DNA of 64,000 nucleotides, taken from positions 11,532,001 to 11,596,000 of the forward strand of contig CM120642.1 in the NCBI GenBank assembly GCA_051362555.1. The letters run 5' to 3'. The position numbers and the translations under genes are program-made. Below the pieces are notes generated by a model. The model searched no databases, was not told the origin of the DNA, and saw nothing but the letters and a program-made list of their open reading frames with translations. Shown in pieces: positions 1 through 14,297 of the stretch (its first letter is position 1; each line of letters opens with the position of its first letter). The DNA comes from Lingula anatina. Lineage: Eukaryota > Animalia > Brachiopoda.

Positions 1-1560
1 CTGTAAAACAGCATCACATTGTTCAATGTGATATCACATGGTCAACATGTAACACTAGACTGTACTTGGGTGTCATATTGGCCTAAAGTGATTGCCACTA
101 ATTGGGAACTTTTAACGACTTTCAACATAACATGCAAACAAAAGCATGAAGTCACCATATCCATCAAATTGAGAGAAACTTTGAGAAAATATTTTTTTTT
201 TAGTCTAAGACATATTTTCATAATTTGTCAATATCACCATGGGCAATATTTCCATCTGTTATTTTTTTCACAAATCTCACAACATGATTATAAGAGTCGA
301 AATATATTGAGTGGCACCAAACATTTTAAGTACATGCAGTTTGCAAGGATTTACCAATGTTTATGGAAATGTATAACATTTGATCAAACTGAGCAGAAAT
401 CTTAATGTGTAGATTGCACTTTTGATATTTTTTAGCCTTTTCCATCCCACAGACTAAGTTTATAACAATCTTTCCTTTTGACTCATATCAAGAATATTGA
501 TACCTTTAACTACTAATGTCTGTATGTTCTTATGTGTCTGACTTTGTACACAGTGCATAGCATGAGGTAACAATTATGTTTCCAGTATGCGTACAATATT
601 AAGAATATAAGGTGCACTTAGACACAGAAGATAAATACATGTAACTTTTCCTCCATATAAAACTACCAGGCTAACAGATGGACCACATATTCAACCACCT
701 TTGGTTTAACAGTCTTTCTAGAAATCTGCACTACAAATCATTGAAGGCTAGTTCATTTAAACCATTCTGCCAACCAAGAAATGTTTGTAAAATCTGCATG
801 CCACTCTCAATGAAAAGAAAAATCAATGAATGTGTAATGCGAGATGTTACAAAAATTTACACATGCTTCTTGGTTTACGTCAGCTACACATCACTGTGAG
901 CAGTTTTGTGCAGAGGACAATCTCAGCAAATTGAACCATTGGTAAGTTAATTTGGTTATCTTACAATGCTCTTTAGTCAAAAGTTGCTTTGAATTTATGT
1001 TCTTGTCTAAATGCACAAGAATGTACCTATCTACTTTATATTAAATCATAAGGAAAAGTGCCCTGCACATGACACAAAATTATGCTTAAATCTTATAACT
1101 GGGGAAATAAATCCCAAAACATTCACTTCACAGTAACACAAGTTAATAAATAGGTATAGCATTACCATGCATCAAAAATAGTCCTGGAGTCTTGTATATA
1201 AGTCTCCAACAAATACTTCACTAAACCAAACATACAATCAGGGTTGTCACTTTTATACTTATTTTATGCATTGTTTTCCATTTTGATTAACCATTTGCTT
1301 AGATTCCAAGGTCTATATTCTTTTAAATAGCATGATAAACAGAATATATCACATTTTCAAATCTAAAGAGTTGGAAACATTCACAAATCACCTTCGTTAT
1401 GAATCATTTCAGATATGGGACATTAATCCTTGTTACGTATAAATTTCCATTACTAATTTCTCAAAAAAAAAAAAAAAATTCACTATGGCGTATCAACTGG
1501 CAAACATCACTGGTATACATGAGACATTGCAGAAACTGAAACCTTCATATTACCCCTTTT

Positions 1561-1598
1561 ATAATAATCATCACCATAATAATAATAATAATAATAAT

Positions 1599-1630
<32 letters not shown>
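1561..1630. repeat. (AAT)n microsatellite in the probable USP46 3' UTR
   Basis: Direct reading. Other simple repeats: (AAAT)n near 6620-6660 and 24733-24762, (CT)n near 20778-20807, (TATG)n near 31450-31485, (AAT)n near 58756-58783. Confidence 0.9.
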
Positions 1631-1631
<1 letters not shown>

Positions 1632-2093
1632 TTAATTGTATTAATTTTAGCAGGCTCGGAAGAGCTTTGTGTTAGGTGGTCATTTAAAAACAAATAGATA
1701 TTTCATGTGAACATTTTCAGAAAAACCTTTAACAAAACTTTTTGCCTTACAACAAATTTCTTAAATAAATACTGTTTAGTATCACCATTGAAAGTGATAT
1801 AAGATTATAATGTGATACACCTTGATAATAGAGATAATTGCCACAGTCTATTCATTTTAAAGTTTTATCTTAGTAAATCACAATTTCAATGAAGAAATAA
1901 TGTGATAAACCTCATATTTAAATAGCTATCACTGATTTTAGCGTTTGGTTCAAGTTTTTACAGCATTTACAGTGAAATATCATAATGGTTACATCCCCCT
2001 TCAATAAAATAACTTCCACAATATTAGGAAAACACTATGTATATGAACTCTTCTACTTAAAATATCACAAGCTATTCTTCCCCCTTCTTTTCT

Positions 2094-5000
2094 TCATTCT
2101 CTCGATTGATAAAATAATATGTATCCAGACTCTGAATTCTTCTGAAGGTCTGATGTCAAGCCATAGAAATCTTCTATTGCAGAGGCATCTATTTTCTGAA
2201 AGGAAAATAATAATCAAATATATAATATGTCATTATGTGCATTTGTGTATGACTTGATATAAGTGAGAAGTGTGACGATGTAGATAAAAAAATAGAGAAC
2301 TTTTCCGTGATCAGATTAACTGAATCCAGGACATATGTGAAACCTAAAGCTCTTTTCATTGATTGAAAGTCAAATAATATCTTATTTGAGCTAAATGATT
2401 GCAAAAATTAGCTAGTATTTTACTACATTTTACAGCATAAAATATTCTACTGTTTATCTAGTGTTTTTCATGTCTTTATATATAAGTAATCTATCAATAT
2501 AACTAAAATGCAAATTTTAGCTTACATCTACAATATCGTCATCAAAGAGCAGCCAAAAGCCATGACTCTTTACAATGCTGATATAATGGCCTCGGTTTGG
2601 TCCACTCCCACAATGCACTACGACAGCTATCAGGTCGTACATCCTATCTGGATTGTAGGCATCATCTGACTGAAATATCAAATAAACTATGAATGACAAT
2701 TGATGACTGGAAGTTATCTCAAAGTTCTCTGTCTCTCTCCTGACTTTTCACATCAACAAAGCAGTAATTCATAGTAATTGTTTCCTTGAAAATATGAATT
2801 TAATGTGAAATTTTGCTAAGGCATAGATTTGTTTAGAAATGTAAATAAATGCTGTTCAAAAAACAATTTGCTTTAAAAGTGATCATCTTATGTAATTGAC
2901 GAGTTATTTGACAATGTTAAACATCATGCCAAAAATAATTTAAAAAGTGTTTGACTTACAGTGTTAAAGAGTCGTAACTCTAAAGGAAACACAACTCGAT
3001 ATGACAACTTGGTATATCTATTCAACTGCTCCATGTACTTAAAACGCTTTAAATGTAAAGCTAGAATCTGGGGTAACTTTTTCACTCGCATCCTGAAAAG
3101 ATGAGATAATTGCAGCTTCACTAATAGTATAATTTTCAATGTTTCATATGGAAAATAAGCCACGATATAAAATTAAGAAGAGTTACAGAAATCTACTTAA
3201 TGTTTTGCTAAAGAATAGAGTACTTGTGATTGATACTTAACAACATAAGCATAAACAAATCAGTAAAATTGTGAATTGAGGCCTCTTTTGGGCTAAAATA
3301 ATGAAATTAGTTTCAAACAAATAAGTGCTTATGTTACCTCTTTTGAGCCTCCTGCTTACTGCAGCAGACTTCACAGTAGTATTTGTGCTCACTACACAGG
3401 GTCTCTGTGTTACTGAACTCTCTCAGACAGTGAGTTATGGACGTGTTCTGTTCTACATCTACGGACAGGTCCAGGAAGTCTTCATCTTTACTGCTTACCT
3501 AGGGGTAAAAATATGTAGAAGCCATTAGCTATACCTAAACCAATGTTTTCTAGGGGTGATCCAACTCTTTGAAATGCCAAATTAAACTTAGCCCAGCATG
3601 AAAACAGCATCTTCCCCATTTAAATTAAGACAGTTTTTATACGCATACCTAAAACAAATATCAAGTTTGGGGAGTTTTTCAGAAATTAGAACAAGGTAGA
3701 AAGACTCAAAATAATTCAGATGTGACATGTTGTATACTCACTGTCTCACAGTTAAGACATCTGGTTTCATTGGTTAGTGTCCCCTGAAAGATGTCGTGGA
3801 CCCAGGTTGGTTCAGGCTTGCCATTACACTGATGGTTGGGGTCCACTGGACCATTTTTAGGTTTGGTGCCTTGCTTGTCAGCTGAAGGAAAAAAAATAGA
3901 CTGATGAGATATCTCTAACAATTGTGCAAGCAACGTTTGCCCAACATTCAAAATAATCATATTCAGATAATTGTTTAAAGAAAATGTATATTTCAAAATA
4001 TTTTAGCTCAAAAAAGAAACTATGACAAAAGCAAAGGAATTCACATTTTCTTTGAAATATACTTACTGTACATGCAATGGACAATATATGATTTTCTACA
4101 CAAGGTCTTGAATTAATCAATAATTAAAATTACCTTGAAGCAAGTCAGCTATTGTATTCAGCAAGTAATTGAGAAACTCGTGAGCATCCTGTTGCATATA
4201 ATTGTCAAACACCTCTGAAAAATAAAGAAATATCCCAGTCAGGGAAAATCAGAGTATCATAACTATTATATTACTCTCATAAAAATATAAAACATGCTTT
4301 TTGATTTTATTTCATTTTTGCAAAGCTTTAACCTAGTTCAAAATGTGTTGTCAATTATCAGCAACTTCTTATAGAGGAGGAGATTAAATTTTTAAATTAA
4401 GCCACACAATGGGCATTTGATCTTTATATAGCAAAAAAACTTTTCTAGATATTTCTGAATCAGCAATTCGTATCTGCTCACCAATGATTATTTTGTACAA
4501 AATCATTAACCAAATAAAATTATTATCTATTACCCTGTTTTTGAGTTTTATGTTTACAAAATTTTCAGCTATTCTGTTAATGGACAAGGAAGCACAGCCT
4601 GGTGAAATATTGTTGTGACAGTGACACAAAAATTAGATAAAGAGAAGTCCAATTTTTTAATAATTTCTCAATAGTTACTTAACCATTACAGCTTGTGTAC
4701 TCACCATTCTCCTTACGTAGCCTTTGTATAAACTTCTTTGGTGCAATGGTTCCCACCTTTTTCTTCTGTGTTGCAATGCTGTAGAAGAGATCTCCCAGAC
4801 ATGTCAAGAGGCTCTCTTTCTTCTGGTTCTTTTGTTGTTGTTTATAATGGAGCACCCTTTCCCGGAATGGTCGGCAAAAATACAGGGCTTGTAGCACCGA
4901 GTTGCAATAGCAAGTATTGCCAAACTGGAAAAACAATAAATTTTGGTTCAATAAGTAAATATATAAACATAATCATACTTCAATATAATCTCTGCTTATG

Positions 5001-6621
5001 ATGCCATAAGGATTGCTGTAGTAATAAATCTTGAAAAACTCAGGACATATTTTTGGGCTTTGCTCGCTGATAGCAACAAATATTTGCAGATAAATGAAAA
5101 TGTTTTTCATGTAAATGCTAACTTGCAACCCTAAGAGGCTGGATGGCATGACAGACTATTCCATGTTTTAAAGTGGCAAAATAACTGACAAAATCTGATA
5201 CATAATTGTAAAATTAGCAAATTTTAAAACACAAATACACAATACCATCAAAAGTAGAAATAAATGCAGATAAAAAAGATAACAGATCTGTACAATGCTA
5301 AGGCAAACAACTGGTCAGAAAAAAATGTGGATCTTGAAGTTAAAAAAAAAAAGATAATTACAAAAGAACTATTTATAAAGAAATACAGTATGGAAAAATT
5401 TTTTGAAGCAGTGCTGTTTTCACATTTTTGTTGATATGCAACAATATAGAACAAAAGCACCATAGACAATCAGCACATAAATCATAGTCTACAAGGCTGT
5501 CGTAACTTGATTAGACTATCTAATGGCAACACTGCCTTCCAATAAGATGAAGGGCTATTATGCATTCCCTATATACTTCCAGAATAGACCTAAACACAAT
5601 TTAATGTGAACGGAGCAGGCAACAGCATGTTTGGTCCATTTTGGCATTTCAGTTTCTGTACGAGTACATCTGCAATGAATTTTAGTCAAACGTTTCTTTT
5701 TTGACGGAACTGTGGAAACAATACCAAGAAGAATTGTTCCTTTTTTTTCCCCGTTCGTTTTGTATTTAGCCAAAATGCTATTAATTGACTAATTTACATT
5801 TCACACACTAATACTGAGTCTTCATTGCATTCACATTTTATATCTTCATATATAATCATAAAAATCTGATGGTATTCAAGAAATCTTCCTTTTACCTTCC
5901 AGCTGGTGACAAAAACAAATAAATCTCATCATTCATCATACAATAACCTAATTTCTACCAATAATAAGTCACAGGAGTTAATTTCTTGTGGTCTTTATTG
6001 AATTTTCCAATATAAGTAGGATAAAGTGAACGGATGCATTCCTTGGCAAGGCAGTAGATGTGTATCATTTAAGCTTTTCTGTACTTTATGAATAATTAAC
6101 TGTTGCAGAAAGTTTATTTATAACCAGTGTATAGATAAATGTTGCAGGAAGTCAAAGTCAAGCAGAAAATGAAGGTTTACACACCATAATAATACATTTG
6201 CAATCACAAATAAGTTTGGCCTTTAGTTGACAAATTCTCTACAATTAATTTTTTCTTTGGCCTGGCACAATTATAACCATATATTTTTGCTTATTATAGA
6301 CTTGAGCTAATTTGCTGCTGGTTCATACCCATTAACTTCTCATTCTATGACTGAATGCCTAAAAACCAAATGCAGGGACTTTCTATTATAAGCAAAAAAA
6401 AAAAAAAAAAAAAAAAGCCAATAATTGGATTGTTGGAATGGTGTTTTCCTTTTCAAACTGCAAATATCCACAGTATTTTAAACATTAGCAAGAAGGGCAC
6501 CTATCACCTAATGTTCTTTTCACCATATATTCACTTCATTACTAAACATTGACAGCAACTGATGGACAAAATGAACTACCGCATCAATAAAACAGCTACA
6601 CCTATCAAATGGTAAACATAA

Positions 6622-6660
<39 letters not shown>

Positions 6661-9600
6661 CCAAGCATCATTTATGTCTGTAAAGTACTGCCCTAAGGAA
6701 ATAACTGCTTCATTAACTAAAAGGTATGATATTACTCTGTAATTTGGCAAGCATAATGACTGAAGTTCTGTGCAATGCCAAACAAATATATACTATAATT
6801 ACCAATCTTTTACATGGGCAAAAATGTTTAAACTTTTAAATGCATAATTTTTATAATCAAGAAAGTTGTATTTCTGTATAGCATTTGTGGTGCTTTTGTA
6901 ATATAGAATAGAACTACAGAGCAGCCTTTTTTAAATATTGTTGCTACCACTCAATAGGAATGTTATAATTTTAAGAAATTATGACTTACAAAATACAGTA
7001 TCTGTAAAATTCACAATTTTCCCCCTTGAAAAGATCAAATAATCACCATATATTCCAAAACAAATTTCATTTCAGACTTGAAGTCAAAGTTCTTCAAAAC
7101 TGAACAGAATTTTCAGCCATGAAATATTTGGCAAATAATGCATAATATTTTATCAAATCATTGGCAATAAATTAATTTCTTAGATCACATTTTTTCTTTT
7201 GTTTCAAACTTGAAGGTTTTACATCAATTGCAGACTGAAGAAGATGTCATATTGACAAATACTGAAGTGTCTAAAAAATAGTAAGTTTATTACAAAAGAA
7301 AACCTGTGGTCTTGTACAACCTGGCAAATTTATTTCAAAAGCAATTTATTATTTCATAGCGAGCCTGTCTTAATTTCTCAGGGCTAAACAATGTCTCAGG
7401 CAACTTAAAATGAATTCCCATATATACAACTAAAACCTGAACGAACCCTTCAAACTCAACTCAACTGATTACCAATCACTCTCCCGATCAATACTTGCAT
7501 GGACTATGCTTCAGGAGAAGATGCCTTTCTATGACTAGTTAAGACTTGGCTGAACCATTTTTGTATAAAAGCTTTTCTACTCATTTCTGTATGTCAATCT
7601 CAATTACTTTCCATCTGTTTTGCAGTGGCATTTCTCAGTACATGGTTTGATGCAGTGCAAATCAGCTTCTGTACAAGAAACCACAGTAAAAATTGTGCTC
7701 ATTATATAACGGAGTTTCAACTGATTGCTCAATCAACCACAAATTACATCCACTATGTACTCCATCACTATTCATGTACAATGTGGTAGATCAAAATGTT
7801 TAACAATGTGTGATAGTATACTGCAGGTTTAAATACAAAGTTTTTTTTTCTTTTGTTTTTATCATCTTCTTCAAGATACTAAAACTTTTGGATAACAGGT
7901 AAAAAATATATACTATAAAGTGAGAAAACCATATTTCAAAATAATTTGAAAATGCTTATGTAAAACTAGTATGTAAATATTTTAATGGCTTAATCATTGT
8001 CAACTCTAGCTTAATATTTTCTTGTTGCAAGAGAGTTTAGCTTAATAGTTCAAATGCAACGGAATAAAGCTGACATATCCTAACATGTTACGTGCTACCC
8101 CAATACATCTGCTTGGAATATTATTCTTCCATTTCAAATCATCAAAGAAATTAAAATTATAAATCACAAATAAATTGCAAACTGGCAAATTAGGTCAATT
8201 TTTCCTCCTTATTTCCTCCAATTATTTGTAGTTTCATTTTATGTCTAGTGCTTTTTTTTTTCAACTGGTTTTTCAACTATACATTTTACTAGACATATCA
8301 CCTTGAAAATCCTCATTGTTATGGTATCGATAGCATCTCCATTTCTTCTCAGGACAAAAAAATTGTCTGAGTGACTAAAGGAAGATTTAAGAAACAAATG
8401 CACAAACTGGCAGAAAGTTTAGACAACAGCATCAACAGATTTAACTGATAAATATATATATATATTATAAAATTAGATTTACAAATACTTACATTGACTA
8501 GTCCAAAGTAGTGTTCATTAATTGGGAATTGGTCTGTTCCAATCTCCTTTTCTAGCTGAGATGCATTTGCACCCTGAAAATGACAATATTATATTTTAAT
8601 TTATACAACCAACATCAGCCATTTTGTGTTCTCCAAGATAAACGTCCCTTTAATTAAAATCCTTAATTGCAGAAAATACAGTACATTTAATTTGGTCATA
8701 AGATCAGAAGCAACAAAAGCTAGCAAAAAGTGCCAAAAGATATTGGGTTGGCTCATGTGTATATATAATACACAAAATAATTAGGGATTAATTCTACCAC
8801 ACACGAGCACTGGAGTAATAGGTACATCGGAATGCACTAAAGGCAGCACTGGCCCATATGTGACCAGTCCATTGAGGCACCCCCTTTGACAACCTATTCA
8901 AAAATCTCCATTCTCCATCTAAATTTTTATACTATGTGAAAGTACGAAAGTACAGAACTTTTGGGATCTTATGCAACAAATCCCTTGAAAGGCGAAATAT
9001 TTGTAAGGTGATAAAAATGCACTCAGAGATCAGAGCTTTCTGGCTGAAATGTAAGGACATATTTGCCCTAATATGGCTCTGTAAAAAGTGCGATATTTCT
9101 TTTAACTTTAGAGATAGTTTTAAAAATCCAAAAGTATAACATTTTGGCCCTTGAATAGAAAACACTCCATTTTAGTTGTATTGGCTATGCCTGGAAAAAA
9201 ATATGACTGAAGACATAAATAATTTGTCATATTTCTATAATTTTGCTTTGGTCTGACAGATTCTGTTTTAGTCTGCCGGATTTTCATGCTTGTCTGACAG
9301 ATTTTCTAGACTTTTGTAAAGTCTGTCTTTTAAAATATATTTCTTATTCTGACTTTTTCCGATACACCTATAAGAGAAAATATTTTCATATGACAAAGAG
9401 TTAAACTCAACTCTACCAAACTATTCAAGAAAAAGGCTGTCTGCTTTTTGAAAGATTGGAACTAATCAAATATTGAAAGACTGAATGGTACAGTTGAGCT
9501 ATATACATATTTTACTTGTAAAGAAATACACAGCCAGACAAGCTAACTTTAGATCGTCAAATATATGTGAAATTACTCACATAATACTTTTTATCATATT

Positions 9601-10034
9601 ATAAAAAGCGAAATCCCACAGGGTTTTTAAATGATAAGTCTGACACTGAAAGGCCTATTTAAATGTTAACGTCATCAACATAACTGGAAATTATTTACGG
9701 AGGAAACATGATTAAGCAATATATGCCACTTTCAAATTCACATCACAAAGCCAATCCAAATACAATGGCAAAGACTAATAAATTTATCAGGACATTCAGA
9801 CTGTCTTCAGGCCGGGGCGTACGATGTATGCAGGTGCGAGTTAGGTGTCAAAATTTCGGCTACTGGACCCCAAATAAGATTATGATCATTTCCATTAAAT
9901 GTGCTTGAAATTTCAACTTATTATATTGACATTTTTGAAAGATCCGAGCTCTACAGAATGCACTACAGCAAATGTTTGTTTAAGTGTTCAGAGCTGAGAT
10001 ATCTTACCATTTTAACGCAGAAATCGGCGATCAT
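2094..10034 (-). CDS. USP46: Ubiquitin carboxyl-terminal hydrolase USP12/USP46 orthologue, 9 coding exons, about 362 aa
   Basis: Exons (minus): 10034-10008, 8573-8493, 4924-4705, 4214-4134, 3881-3742, 3498-3338, 3092-2960, 2669-2526, 2195-2094; all GT-AG and phase-compatible. [28 protein letters not shown], Cys box [21 protein letters not shown], His box [12 protein letters not shown]-terminal [10 protein letters not shown]. The start could be 10034 or 10010. One invertebrate gene is co-orthologous to USP12 and USP46. Confidence 0.96.
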
Positions 10035-10050
10035 CCTCGCACTTCAACAT

Positions 10051-10265
10051 CCGCCATATTCCTTCCGCAGTAAACATTTGGATCATGGGAAATATAACCT
10101 TTTATATATCTAACTTTTTGTATACTATATTTAAAAGAACTTGAAAATTCTACTATTCTTAACGCTAAATTATGTCTCTCATTACCAATAAAGCAGATTA
10201 ACTTGAAAAATTAGATTCTCGTGCTCATGTCACGTGATCGCCCTCTTACCCGTAGCAGCCATATT
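10051..10265. promoter_or_regulatory. Bidirectional promoter USP46/RPL21 with YY1-like motifs, an E-box and a TCT/TOP-like RPL21 start
   Basis: CCGCCATATT (YY1-type) at 10051-10060; GTCACGTGAT E-box at 10229-10238; pyrimidine start CCCTCTTACC at 10241-10250 followed by GCCATATT|GTGAGT, giving a roughly 23-nt non-coding RPL21 exon 1 (about 10243-10265) that splices to the acceptor at 10868. Confidence 0.65.
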
Positions 10266-10876
10266 GTGAGTGGTGCATGTGTCTTTCGCCTCAAATTATT
10301 CTTCTTTACGCTGCCCAATCGCCCTTAATAACTAACAATAAATTAAGACATGTTAACAAGAAACATAAGTTTACTTTGGAAACGAAAGTTAAAGTTTCTG
10401 ATGGTATATTTTCTCTTCACGTGTTGGCATACATTCAACGTGTAACAGAGTGATGGAGAAATGTGATTCAACTGGGAATGTGGATATACGCCGGCTGTGC
10501 AATAGCTGAGCATTGTGATGTACCTGGGCTGTATAAGGCGATACAATTTGAAGGCGAACATGACAGTTGTATTTAACATATCGTAAACGTCAAAAATACG
10601 TAATAAAATAATGTGTGAATCAATGATTGCGATGTGCGGGTTTTGCAAAGAATGGATAAAACATTACCTGAACGAAGAATGTTAATTATCCATATCATTA
10701 ATATAATATGTTTTGTTTATAAGTTGTATGAACCTAGACATTTCTTTCTCCAACATTGCACTCTGGCTGTATTATTTTATAAGATGTACATCATAAATAA
10801 CTAGTAGTGGGTCTGTTTTCTAAAGGTTAAATGCACCTGTTTCTGTACTTGCCAAATTTTCCCTTCAGGTGTCATC

Positions 10877-12706
10877 ATGACGAACACAAAAGGCATACGT
10901 CGTGGCACCCGCTACATGTTTTCGCGGAAATTCCGCACAAAGGGTGCCATTCCCTTGTCAACATACTTCAAAACCTATAGACGTGGAGATATTGTTGACA
11001 TCAAAGTAGGTTCTTTTCTCAAATTTTCTTTTTTTTTTTGTGGAAGTATCATGTTATTGTCCATTTGCATTTAATTTTCTTCACTGGCCAAATTAGCAAA
11101 TGTAATAAAAGGCCAGGTATAGATTTTTCAACGTATGAACAACAATTAAATTAATTTACAATGTGTGTTAATTGTAATTACCTTTTCATTTCATTTTTGT
11201 AGGGAAATGGTGCCATTCAGAAGGGTATGCCACACAAGATATACCATGGCAAGACTGGTCGTGTTTATAACGTGACTCCCCATGCTGTGGGTATCATTGT
11301 CAACAAGAGAGTCAGGTAATTAAAACACATGAAATCTTGGTGGATTGAAGTCGATTTAAAGGGCCACTCCCATGGATTTCCCCACCAAAATGAATTTTTT
11401 AATGTTCTCTCCATGTGTTTGAAAACCCCCCACAGTCATATCCATGTCCTGTAAAGCCTCTTACATTTCCAAACTCAGACTTGAAAGATAATAAAACCCT
11501 ATAGATAAAATTTAATCTGAAGCGTACCTTGTGACATCATTATCTCAGCCTCCTTGGGTAGCCATTGCCAGCAGGCAATGCCTGTATTATACATGGCACA
11601 GGGCTGCCACACAAAACACCCCTCCATTTTTGTGTGTGAAAATGAGGCAATGTGCATGATGGCAGATGCCGCTACTTTGACTGGTCAGTCATTTTAAACT
11701 AAAGTATTAAATGAAAAATGGAATAGAACATTGAATCCAAGTGCAGGGAGAGGTCGAGCAATAAGTATTGAGTAGGAAAAAATTGCTCTTTACCCCAGGA
11801 AAATGCATTTTGGTGGGCAAATCCTGTGGGGTGGCCCTTTTACATGAAAGTACACTGATATTTCATCCAGTTTGGGAAAGAAAAATGTTTTCAGGTGTAT
11901 TACTACAAAAAATGCATAGAATTAAGAATTGAAAAAATTTTATATATTTTAGAATAATATAATTTTCAGCAATTGATGAGGGAAGGTTTGGTTCCTTTGG
12001 TTATAAAATTGACACCAATTTGCTGTATTTCTGCTTTCAGAGGCCGCATTATTGCCAAGCGCATCAATGTGAGAATTGAGCACATCAGACACTCTGCATG
12101 CCGTGTTGACTTCTTGAACAGAGTACATGAGAATGAAAAAATAAAAAATGAGGCTAAGGAGAAAGGAGAGGCACCTCCCCACTGTAAAAGACAGGTACAG
12201 TAGTGTAAAAATAAAAATAATGGCAATAACTTTTTCTTAATGCAAATTTGATAAACTCCTCTGAGGTAAAATGGTAAAGAATATAGCAGGAATGAGATTT
12301 TTTTTCCAATGTTTGAAAGATTTCTTTTTGAAATTTGAAATCTTATTGCATATTTTCAGACTGTTAGACAAAATTGTAATTAATATCTTGAATAAGTCTG
12401 TTTAGTACCTTCTCCAGAGTTTTATTATAATTACTTATTAAGATAGAATATTGGAAATGTCATCATGTTACAGGTAAATGAAGTTCATGCAACAGTGTCA
12501 TGTTCTCTAGTTTTGTATCAAGTTGTCGGACCAAATCACACAGGAGGTTGATATAAATGTTATCTGTTGGTTTTCATTTCCCCAGAAGTCTTAGTATATG
12601 TTTGTATTCATTCCAGCCTAAGAAGCCAAGAGAAGCTCACACAGTCAGGACCAGATACAACAAGCCACAAACCATTCAGCCCATCCCATACGAGTTTATT
12701 GCATAA
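10877..12706 (+). CDS. RPL21: 60S ribosomal protein L21 (eL21), 4 coding exons, 161 aa
   Basis: Exons 10877-11005, 11203-11315, 12041-12194, 12617-12706. [20 protein letters not shown]...[18 protein letters not shown]...[13 protein letters not shown]...[14 protein letters not shown] overlaps the stop codon. Confidence 0.98.
11360..11838. mobile_element. Non-autonomous TIR element (MITE) with Kolobok-like ends in an RPL21 intron
   Basis: About 35-bp imperfect TIRs AGGGCCACTCCCATGGATTTCCCCACCAAAATG / CATTTTGGTGGGCAAATCCTGTGGGGTGGCCCT; flanked by TTAA (left) and TTTA (right). Confidence 0.75.
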
Positions 12707-14297
12707 ATAAACATGGACATGTTGGCATTGTAGAAAAATAATAAAGAACTTTGAATATAGGAAAATGATTTTGTTGTGGTGTTTTTGTAGAGAGAATTTT
12801 CCCAATGTCAAAGTTTCTTATGGTTTGCTGTGTGAAGTTTTAAAGCAAAATACTCTAAATGAAGGGGAGAAATGAGGATTTGCTGGATTCCTGTACAATT
12901 ATAAGAAATTTGCCCATTACACAATTCACATAGGGTGTTTTTTGCTCAGTATGTAATTATCATTAAACATAAGAAGATGGCATAGATTCCCTGTTTAGCC
13001 CACATAAATCACTACTACTAGCATCCTTCATAACTCTCTTAAGGTCAACATCGTGCCAATGAATAAATGGGATCAAGCAGCCAAAAAATGCTTTAAAAAC
13101 CTTTTTCTCACTGTGTAAGGAAATGTCCAACAATACAACAGTGAGATGATAATGAGAAAATGCTGAGTAATTGTTCTCTCAAGCCAGGAGTTGCTGCATT
13201 TTCTCTGGAACTGAGACCTGCAACATATTCTCTTGAAATTATTCTCTTCAGCCAAATGAGGGGGAGGGCATTCACTACATGATTATCTTCTGCTTCCAAA
13301 ATGGGCAAATTTTATTTCTGAATTTGTGACTGGAAAAAAAAACTTGACCACGAATAAGCCAGACTTACCTTACAACTTCCACTGAAAAAAGGTTGAACCA
13401 CTTTTTTGACAGTTTGTGGTCCTGATACAGCTAAACATGTATTTCACTAGCAAATTCACATGCCAGTAAGAAATGGGACTATTTTAAATTAAATTCTGCC
13501 TACTAAACTGTCAGTTGTCTTGCAATATCTGCTGAATAGTTAATATTCTAAATGTAAGAGTTACAGCCCATTTGACAAATATCAAAATATCAACAAACTA
13601 AATGGATTTTTGACACATTTATGTAAAAAATTCATACAAACAGTGTCACATACATGCATAATTTTTCAAAATATAAATAGAGATGCTACAACTGCATACT
13701 GACATGAAAGAAAATCTTGGTAATGGTATGGTTATAATATTGTAAAACTTGATTCCCTACATCCTGATTCAGTTACATGTTCACAAGTTTAAACTGCCAA
13801 CGAGATATTAATAAATGTTCAAAATTATATTGAATTAGATATTTTCAATAAAAAATCAGTATATGGATGCAAACTACTTTTTTTACATACAGCAACTTAA
13901 ACAACATGACACGTGCATCATGTTTGACTTATCCTGGACCATAAATAATAGCATACAAAAGGAAAGTCTTATATATTACATTTTTGCATCTTTCACTCTT
14001 AGTATAAGCAGGCTAGTTCTGTTTATTTTATCAATTTGGGAAAATCCTGCTTTCACTAACAGGAGTAAAACAGAAAATGTGGAGGAATGTCAGTTAACTA
14101 AGTTGAAATAACGTTTTGAATAACAATAAAATCTATGGCATTTGAGCACAACAGTCTCCCTGCTACTTATCACGTGGTAGCTATTGTACCTCCCGTCCAC
14201 CAGTTCTCAATGCTGGACAACCACACAACTTTATATCATGCTGTTGATAAATCCTCTGTATCAGTTGCTTTAAACAGGGATTCCTTGCATTTATTGC

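Noticed and set aside
19-2093. Short ORFs at 19-405, 678-899 and 1485-1697
   Set aside because: No recognisable motifs or splice structure; probably USP46 3' UTR or intergenic; the poly-Asn run is the AAT microsatellite.
8855-9330. TE-like stretch in USP46 intron 1 with three GTCTG.C.GATT repeats
   Set aside because: No convincing TIR pair, TSD or second copy in the window.
10266-12616. Intronic snoRNAs in RPL21 (vertebrate RPL21 hosts SNORD102 and SNORA27); partial hairpins and C/D- or ACA-like words at about 10400-10550, 11075-11175 and 12440-12560
   Set aside because: No candidate had a complete, correctly spaced box set with a convincing rRNA guide; needs Infernal/Rfam or snoscan.
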